From IMG/VR virus record IMGVR_UViG_3300035397_000195, positions 1 to 28,272 of that record: DNA of 28,272 nucleotides; one strand, written 5' to 3'. Shown in pieces: positions 1-6,725 of the stretch. Made by a program: the position numbers and the translations under genes. Source of the stretch: a virus (lineage: Duplodnaviria > Caudoviricetes). The first letter of the stretch is position 1. Each line of letters opens with the position of its first letter. The notes beneath the pieces were generated by a model that was not told the DNA's origin, did not search any database, and saw nothing but the letters and a program-made list of their open reading frames with translations.

Positions 1-1529
1 GAAAGCTGGTGATCGACAGCGGCCAGATCCCAGCGGTTTACCGCTATCTTATACAGCGGCTCGATAGTGATTGATCCATCCAACTCGGTCTGAACGATGG
101 CCCCGGCGGCATGGGCGATGTCCCGGATAATGGCAAGCGGGGTCTGATCGGCAGGGAGCAGGGTATTGGCCGGGATAAACCAGTCAACCGTCTGCCAGTT
201 GATGACAAAGCCGGGGGCCAGACCGGCGACAATGGCCGATGCCATGCCGGTGAGTTCGCCGTTGACAGTATCGGCGTAAGGGGCATCAAGACGGGCGGAT
301 TTGCCCAGCCCCTGCACCACATACTCGGAGGTACCATGCCCCCGGTTGCGGGTCCGGGACTCGACAAAAAAGAGAAAGGTCTCGCCGTTAATGGTGATGG
401 CCAGATCCGAGCCAACAGCACAGGCCAGATATGCCGCCTGATCAGGACAATGAACTTCGAAGGACAGACAAAACTGATCCTGTGACCCCTCGATATTGAT
501 ATGCAAGGGGTCAATGGCCACCCCTCCAGCCACCACGGCCACGGTATAGGTAAGGATCTGAGCGGGATCGGCCAAAATCCCAAACGGCTGCTCCAGTATC
601 GCCCGGACTGCATTCGTGCCCTTCAAAGCCCACAACTGCTCAACCACCAGTCGCAATTCCGCACCCGAAATATTGTATTTCTGCTCGATAAAGGCGGCGA
701 GGTACGCAGGGATGGAATAGGGTTGCTCAATGATCCGGCAGATGGCCAGGGCATCCCCATACATCTGGACCACGTCCCGCTTTACTGCAGCTGCATCCCC
801 GTAATACTGGATCAGATGTTTGGCAATGACAGGGGTATCACCATAATACTGGATCAAGACAGCAGTTAATTTGAGGCCATAAATCTGGTCAATAGCGGCA
901 CTGACAAAAAAGGGCAAAGCATAAAGCTGGTCGATGGCCTGTTTGATAATTAGGGCTTCCAGGTCATAGGTCTGATCAAAAAACGCTGACAACCGCCACA
1001 AAACCGGGGCGGTATCTTCCGACTGGATCTCAATTCTACGAACACCCAACATCGCAGCATATCCATGATTGCTAAGTATCCTGATAACTGTATAACGATA
1101 GGCTGTTGTATTATCTACGGTTAGAAAATACTGTGGATCTGCCACATCTGCCGTTACATGCATGGCAACGGTATATGATCCCAACAACACCAGATCGGTA
1201 GTATTGTCTGAGGTGTCACCAAACGCCGTAGCTGAGTTTGTTCCGTACACAAGAATCGACTGTATTCCGCAAGTTAAATACTGGGTCAAATTTGATGCGT
1301 GGTAATTATCAATATAGATACGCTTCGCTACGAATGCGGTTCCGTGATCTATATTAAATTTTTGAGGAACGGAACCATTGGCAGCGACCCACCCGTTTAT
1401 ATCCATTCCTACTAATGATTTTGTCGGATCAGTAGCATAGTAGGGGTAATATCCACCGGCATAAGTCGTTGTTGCCTTGACATAAGTCGCACTCTGGGCT
1501 GGCGGATAATGTGATGTATAAGTCGTCAT
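1..1529 (-). CDS. Tail tip/baseplate hub-like protein with N-terminal discoidin (F5/8 type C)-like domain and ~14-aa repeats; 3' end truncated by the window
   Basis: Absent from the ORF track because it has no stop in the window. Manual translation from ATG 1529 (ATGA overlap with the upstream stop) is open for 509 codons: MTTYTSHYPPAQSATYVKATT...YRYTVIRILSNHG...GVRRIEIQ, then xQxY repeats, then hub-like DQTPLAIIRDIAHAAGAIVQTELDGSITI. Confidence 0.8.
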   Translation of the reverse strand, partial: MTTYTSHYPPAQSATYVKATTTYAGGYYPYYATDPTKSLVGMDINGWVAANGSVPQKFNIDHGTAFVAKRIYIDNYHASNLTQYLTCGIQSILVYGTNSATAFGDTSDNTTDLVLLGSYTVAMHVTADVADPQYFLTVDNTTAYRYTVIRILSNHGYAAMLGVRRIEIQSEDTAPVLWRLSAFFDQTYDLEALIIKQAIDQLYALPFFVSAAIDQIYGLKLTAVLIQYYGDTPVIAKHLIQYYGDAAAVKRDVVQMYGDALAICRIIEQPYSIPAYLAAFIEQKYNISGAELRLVVEQLWALKGTNAVRAILEQPFGILADPAQILTYTVAVVAGGVAIDPLHINIEGSQDQFCLSFEVHCPDQAAYLACAVGSDLAITINGETFLFFVESRTRNRGHGTSEYVVQGLGKSARLDAPYADTVNGELTGMASAIVAGLAPGFVINWQTVDWFIPANTLLPADQTPLAIIRDIAHAAGAIVQTELDGSITIEPLYKIAVNRWDLAAVDHQL

Positions 1530-1825
1530 CCGGCCACCACTTCGCTGTAACGGCATTTTTTACAGGCGTTAATGCTGAGGCCGTCCGCCATAGTCAACGT
1601 CATCGGCTGACCGCACTGTGGGCATTTATCTATAATTGGCTCCACTCTTTTCCTGTGCCTGACTGCCGGAGACATGGCCTGGCGTCTTTGTTGCATTTCG
1701 CGGCTGATATGATCCTGCAATCGCTGGCGGACAAAGCGGAGATCAGTAGCCCCACCGGCTTCCATCTCTTGGCTCAGGGCGATAAAAGTCTGGATATCAG
1801 AAAGAGAAAAGGCCTTAAAATTCAT
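1526..1825 (-). CDS. Hypothetical protein with C-terminal zinc ribbon
   Basis: 99 aa; CPQC-x16-CKKC; abuts the upstream stop and overlaps the downstream start. Confidence 0.75.
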   Translation of the reverse strand: MNFKAFSLSDIQTFIALSQEMEAGGATDLRFVRQRLQDHISREMQQRRQAMSPAVRHRKRVEPIIDKCPQCGQPMTLTMADGLSINACKKCRYSEVVAG

Positions 1826-3553
1826 TTAGCACACCCACCGATAGTGGTTTTTGGCAACGCTGACATTGTAGTAACAAGCGTAATTCACGTCGCCTCCAGG
1901 ACACACTTTAATATCCGGCAAAAGACCACATAATGTACCGGTGTGATATGTCGCAACGTAGTCACTCCATAACCCAAAACAGATTGTTTCGCAGAAACCA
2001 CTCACTGGTAAAAAATCTTTTTGCCCTCCTACAAAAACCATCATTACCATCAGATTCTCCCCAGACAAAAAACTGTAAACAAGCCCATTCACAGTGTACG
2101 AAGACCCCTCGGCGACAGAACACAAAAAATTGTCATCAGAGTAGTATTCCCACCTGCCATCCGTGGCCCGGATAGGAATGGAGATACTATTGCCGCAGGT
2201 ATCCACCACCTGCACCGTCACTGTGCCGCAGATATTATCTGAGTACAATGTTATGTATCCGCTGGAGCTGTCACCGACATGGACGGGGTATCCACCGGCG
2301 GTCTTGAAATAGAGTCCGGGGGACAGTACCCTGAATTGATATTGGCCACTACCGCCGACCACTTGCAAGAAAGCGTTGGAATTATCAGCCATAACGCTTG
2401 GAGCCAGCAACAGCTCCATCGGCTCAACCTCATCGCAACAATTCCGTTGCTGCACCACTGTTTTATTGATTATTCTTCCGCATCCTTCAGGGTCTTCAGG
2501 GTTTGGCCCAACGGCAACAAAATCAACCCTCTGCACATTTTCGCAAAATCCCATACTGCAATACTCTGTCAAACTCTCGTAGTATGTTTTTTTTTCTTGG
2601 CTCAATTCTTTTGTTGAAACATTGCCGACCTTGAGTTCCATACATTCAGAAGACATTTTAGGGGCGGTATTACAGCATTTATTATCGTCGAATAGTTGAG
2701 TTCCTGGTTTATAACTGGTTTGATAGACATCTATGGTATATCGTAAACAAGGGTCTAAAGGCTCAACCGGCTCTATAGGTTCAGGTTCTTCCTCTTCCTC
2801 GTCTGTATTCCTTGAGCCTTGTCCATTCTCCCATTCGCACACATCAGCGAGGTAATCATCCGTAGCCGCCGGATCGTCAGGAGGTGCGTCAATTGTTTCG
2901 AGGTAGGTCTGATAATGATAAAATACCAGAATGTCCGAACTTTGCTTTTCTCCACGTTCACGCTCATTAAGAGACTCGCCTCTAATGCCAGGCACTGCGA
3001 CAGTGACAATATCATATTCGGTGGTGTAACTGGCTCTCAGTGTTCCGGTAAAATTTCCAGCCCAAAAAAGGGTGTTGTGTTTCAGGCTGATAGCCGGGCC
3101 TGATCCCATCCACGACACCCGTATTCCAGAAACCACCGGATAAGGAAGGACGGTGTTTATTTCATCCTTCACGTCCACCGTCACTGTCACCCCTTCAACA
3201 ACCTTGACCGTCTGCTTTACTTCCCCCACAGAAACCGTCAGTTTGTAAGGAAGTGATAAGTGACTACGGATTATCCTTACGTCATTTTCGTAATCTCCAG
3301 ACAATAACGCTGCGCACATTCCAGGATCAGAGCCAAAAACTGCCGCAATAACTTCCGTCTCGGTGATTGTTTCCTCCTCTTTCACCGTCCCATCATCCAG
3401 ACAAGGATCTGTATCGTAAAGGTCGTCAACGATTGCGGCGGCTTCTTCAATCGTAACAGTGTCGGAATACTCCCCTACCTCTATTGTCAACCAGTACGGA
3501 TCATCAGCCGGGGCAATGCTGGAAAAATTGATTACGAGAGACTGTTCGCTCAT
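1826..3553 (-). CDS. Cys-rich putative tail-tip protein (paralogue 3) with an Ig-like segment
   Basis: Likely start MSEQSLVINF at 3553 (ATGA overlap); acidic, beta-rich; 21 Cys; GGSGQYQF...TVTVQVVDTCG resembles an Ig-like repeat. Confidence 0.75.
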   Translation of the reverse strand: MSEQSLVINFSSIAPADDPYWLTIEVGEYSDTVTIEEAAAIVDDLYDTDPCLDDGTVKEEETITETEVIAAVFGSDPGMCAALLSGDYENDVRIIRSHLSLPYKLTVSVGEVKQTVKVVEGVTVTVDVKDEINTVLPYPVVSGIRVSWMGSGPAISLKHNTLFWAGNFTGTLRASYTTEYDIVTVAVPGIRGESLNERERGEKQSSDILVFYHYQTYLETIDAPPDDPAATDDYLADVCEWENGQGSRNTDEEEEEPEPIEPVEPLDPCLRYTIDVYQTSYKPGTQLFDDNKCCNTAPKMSSECMELKVGNVSTKELSQEKKTYYESLTEYCSMGFCENVQRVDFVAVGPNPEDPEGCGRIINKTVVQQRNCCDEVEPMELLLAPSVMADNSNAFLQVVGGSGQYQFRVLSPGLYFKTAGGYPVHVGDSSSGYITLYSDNICGTVTVQVVDTCGNSISIPIRATDGRWEYYSDDNFLCSVAEGSSYTVNGLVYSFLSGENLMVMMVFVGGQKDFLPVSGFCETICFGLWSDYVATYHTGTLCGLLPDIKVCPGGDVNYACYYNVSVAKNHYRWVC

Positions 3554-4515
3554 AGCGTCCCAATGCCCCAAGGGTTAGCAATCGCCGTCGTTCCCGGCGG
3601 GATGATTGTACAATACCGCCACGGGTCTTTTCCGAAATACACCCTGATAACTGCTCCTGTGCAGGCATTATATTCGACGGTCAGCGTGGAAATTTCATTA
3701 CAGATTGCCGTCAAACTGGTGTATGCGTTGGGGCACATCTTTAACAGTTCTTCAACACACAAAGGCAATTCGAGGCGGAGTTGTTCGGTCTCGCTCTCTT
3801 CGCCATCGACCCAGGTGGCAGTAATGGTGTTCTCAAGATTTTCAATTTTTGGGGAGTTCCAGTCCCAATACTCAGGCAATCCGGTTATAATATCATCTTC
3901 ATCAAAAGGGGTTTCCGCCGGTTCTGTTTCCGCCGATGGTTCTTGATCAACACCCTTTTCCAACTCCATCGTCACCACATGATGGAAACCAATGGCTATT
4001 CCCTTTATCCTGATGGCCCCGAACACCTCTGTGGAAAACCGAAGATAATTCCCGTCAATAGTAACGACAGGGGCGGGAATATCGCCTCCATCCCGATCAA
4101 AAGTAGGTGTCTCCCAATAAGTTGAAATCTCGGTCATGTAATATTCAAGAGCGAATGAATCCTGATTATTGACAAAGACGGAAAATTCCTTGACTTTTTC
4201 AATCTTCTGACCAGCAGAAATAACCCCCATAGCAGGTGACAGCGAAAAGGGGAGATCAGGAGAAGAAGGCCACGTATAAAATCCAAGCATTACTCTGATG
4301 ATGTCGTTCTCAAACTCCACTGGGCAGGTGGACGGGCGCATGAGCTGTGCTGATTGCCCTGTGGATGCCGCAATCCACATATCATGCAGATCCCGCAGGC
4401 TTGCATATTCAGCGTTTTCCTTGGGCATTATCTGCTCCAGATGCACCCATAGATCGCTTACTCCAGCATCAACTGAGAGGGGAGAGAAGTTTATGACAAG
4501 GCTTGCTTCAGTCAT
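3550..4515 (-). CDS. Putative tail-tip protein (paralogue 2)
   Basis: 321 aa starting MTEASLVINF; directly abuts neighbours; lies downstream of the tape measure. Confidence 0.75.
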   Translation of the reverse strand: MTEASLVINFSPLSVDAGVSDLWVHLEQIMPKENAEYASLRDLHDMWIAASTGQSAQLMRPSTCPVEFENDIIRVMLGFYTWPSSPDLPFSLSPAMGVISAGQKIEKVKEFSVFVNNQDSFALEYYMTEISTYWETPTFDRDGGDIPAPVVTIDGNYLRFSTEVFGAIRIKGIAIGFHHVVTMELEKGVDQEPSAETEPAETPFDEDDIITGLPEYWDWNSPKIENLENTITATWVDGEESETEQLRLELPLCVEELLKMCPNAYTSLTAICNEISTLTVEYNACTGAVIRVYFGKDPWRYCTIIPPGTTAIANPWGIGTL

Positions 4516-5292
4516 TTACAATTCTTCTCCGGAGCAATAGTCAAACTCATGGATCTCATCTTCACCGTCAACATAGCCAGGCGAGCCGGGAACATAGCCA
4601 GGCGAGCCGGGAACATGCTCAAAGTGGGAATCGCCAGTAACGCTGTTATTACAATTTTCATCATCAGCACCGTCTGGAGCCTCTAATTTAATGTAGGTGT
4701 TTCCTCCAGTCCACACCGCCCAGGCAAACGATGTCATAGCGTTTTCTTCAGCCCCGGCTCGTTTTGTTATTGTCACCTGGTGGGTGTGACGGATTACCCA
4801 ATATGAAACCAATACAGTTCCATAAATAGGCTGGGATAGGGTTAAAACCTTATCACCCATGACGACGGATGGCTTTTGCACTATCGTCCCATCCTGGTCA
4901 TAGGCGTCCCCTACCCATTCCCAGCGAGTGATACTGACGGCTGGGTATTTAGGGGTTAATTCTGTCTCCAGATTGCACTGGATGGCCTCGGTATAGATCA
5001 GGTCTTCAATAATCTGCAGCCCAAGAAATCCGTGTGAAAACCCTAACCGATAGGGCAGCGTTGACGGCGATGGATAGGCAAACACTTTTTTCGTATAGAG
5101 TCCGGTTGTTCCCGAACAATTTTCAACGGTGTCAGGTGCTTCAAATAAATTTTTGTTGAGATACGCATAAACCCCGGCCTTGGTCAGGTAGTTGACATAA
5201 GGGTCCCAGGCCTCCTGCTCCAGGAGGACAAAATCACCGGAGTCCGGACGGGCCGGACTGGTGAAGTTGATAGTGAGGGCGGACTCGGTCAT
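4516..5292 (-). CDS. Putative tail-tip protein (paralogue 1)
   Basis: Likely start MTESALTINF at 5292; similar to the two downstream genes. Confidence 0.75.
   Translation of the reverse strand: MTESALTINFTSPARPDSGDFVLLEQEAWDPYVNYLTKAGVYAYLNKNLFEAPDTVENCSGTTGLYTKKVFAYPSPSTLPYRLGFSHGFLGLQIIEDLIYTEAIQCNLETELTPKYPAVSITRWEWVGDAYDQDGTIVQKPSVVMGDKVLTLSQPIYGTVLVSYWVIRHTHQVTITKRAGAEENAMTSFAWAVWTGGNTYIKLEAPDGADDENCNNSVTGDSHFEHVPGSPGYVPGSPGYVDGEDEIHEFDYCSGEEL
4570..4616. repeat. Perfect 21-bp tandem duplication (in frame, VPGSPGY x2)
   Basis: aacatagccaggcgagccggg at 4570-4590 and 4591-4611, plus aacat. Confidence 0.95.
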
Positions 5293-5296
5293 AATC

Positions 5297-5314
5297 AATT
5301 ACGAATTCGTAATT
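5297..5314. repeat. Perfect 18-bp palindrome AATTACGAATTCGTAATT
   Basis: Self-complementary; fills most of the 5293-5318 intergenic gap; built from the same heptamer as the 11550-11666 array. Confidence 0.9.
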
Positions 5315-5318
5315 ATCG

Positions 5319-6323
5319 TCACGCGGACTCACCGGAGACGCAGGAGGTGACCTTATTGTTAGCCAGGGAGGCTGAGGCCGCAGGCACTACCCGCTTTTCC
5401 CAGATGGGCACGGCGGCGGGGTGGGTCTGAAAGACGATGGTGTTGCCAGCCGCCCAGGTGCCGCCGAATCCCTCAAAGTCGAGGGTAAAATAAGGCTTGC
5501 TGAAGGCGGGATTTTGCGGGGCAAAATCGGCAAGAATGGTCCCGGCCCCGAGTGATCCCACGGTATCACCGGAAACAGTGAAGTTAGAGGCGTCGGAAAA
5601 GGTCAGGGTCAGGGTCTGTTCGATGGTGCCGATATTGTCACAGCGTACCGGGTAGGTGGTCTCGTCATACGTCCCGGCGGCGGAGGTCTCTACCCAGTTA
5701 TCGACAACACATTTCACATCTCCAAAGTTATAGAGGGCCATGACTCGCCCACCCGCCACTGTGGTGTAGTTGTTGGCCAGCACCGCCGTAGTGGTGATCG
5801 TCACCTGCGTACCGGATACTACCGGCACCCCGTTGATGGTGTGGATCTCTTCATTGCCGGTCAGTGAGGAGGGGGTGAGCTTGTCGGTGACCCGGATAGT
5901 ATCGCCATTGACAAACATCCCGGTCAGGGTAGCATCCTCAACCACCACCACCAGGGTATTTGAACCAAGTACCGCGTTGGCCTGCAAATTGGCCGCCCCG
6001 TACTTGCGTTCCGACCCGGTGATATCGGCCTGGGTATTGCGCTGGGTCCCGGCGAACATGACCACATGATCCCCGGCGGCGGTGGGTGCATCCAGCCATA
6101 ACTGAGATGAGAGCAAGGTTTCATCGGCATCGTTGGCGATCTTGTAAAAGAGCTTGCGATACTTGGTGGACCCGGCATCACGCTCGGCCTTGAGCACATG
6201 CGGCCAGACGTTCTGCACCACCCCGGATATCACCTGGGTGTTCGACATCCGGCCACCATTGGCGGCGGTATCGTTGACGGTGGTGGATTTGTAGCACTGG
6301 AGCTCGGAATCAAGGATGGTCAT
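5319..6323 (-). CDS. Putative virion structural (tail-tip) protein
   Basis: 334 aa, Thr/Val/Gly-rich; N-terminal NGGRM...NVWP...ER.AG..YRKLF pattern recalls phage tail-region structural proteins; second gene after the tape measure. Confidence 0.7.
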   Translation of the reverse strand: MTILDSELQCYKSTTVNDTAANGGRMSNTQVISGVVQNVWPHVLKAERDAGSTKYRKLFYKIANDADETLLSSQLWLDAPTAAGDHVVMFAGTQRNTQADITGSERKYGAANLQANAVLGSNTLVVVVEDATLTGMFVNGDTIRVTDKLTPSSLTGNEEIHTINGVPVVSGTQVTITTTAVLANNYTTVAGGRVMALYNFGDVKCVVDNWVETSAAGTYDETTYPVRCDNIGTIEQTLTLTFSDASNFTVSGDTVGSLGAGTILADFAPQNPAFSKPYFTLDFEGFGGTWAAGNTIVFQTHPAAVPIWEKRVVPAASASLANNKVTSCVSGESA

Positions 6324-6326
6324 GAG

Positions 6327-6725
6327 TTACGCCTCAATAAGGGTGAGTTTACCGGTGCAGAGGGCCCCGGCACCGGGGGTGGTTGAGCGGAGGGACGTGG
6401 GGGTAATATCTATGCCGGATAGGGGTATCACGACGGTGCGGATCTCCCCGTCATAGCTCAGGGTCAGGATCGCGCCGGAATCACGCCAGGCGGCAAGCTG
6501 GAGGCCCTGCGACCAGGTAAACCAGCCGCGCAGGCGGTTGCCGTCGAGCACGGATTCGAGGATGATTGTTGATTCTGATCCGGCACCACCGGACTGACGG
6601 GTGATAATGAGGCAACCACTGAGGGTCGGGCGTTCACTGCCGGCAGCGTGGGGGGCCTGCAGGCGGTTGGTCCACAACAGGTGATGCAGATCCAGGGTAA
6701 TAGCGCCATCGGAGAGGGTAATCAT
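6327..6725 (-). CDS. Putative distal tail protein
   Basis: 132 aa immediately after the tape measure (ATGA overlap); positional call. Confidence 0.6.
   Translation of the reverse strand: MITLSDGAITLDLHHLLWTNRLQAPHAAGSERPTLSGCLIITRQSGGAGSESTIILESVLDGNRLRGWFTWSQGLQLAAWRDSGAILTLSYDGEIRTVVIPLSGIDITPTSLRSTTPGAGALCTGKLTLIEA

Noticed and set aside
44-869. ORF-track entries 44..613(-), 111..485(+), 501..869(+)
   Set aside because: Shadow frames of the real minus-strand gene starting at 1529
1826-2140. Possible diversity-generating retroelement target
   Set aside because: No reverse transcriptase, template repeat or C-type lectin signature in the window
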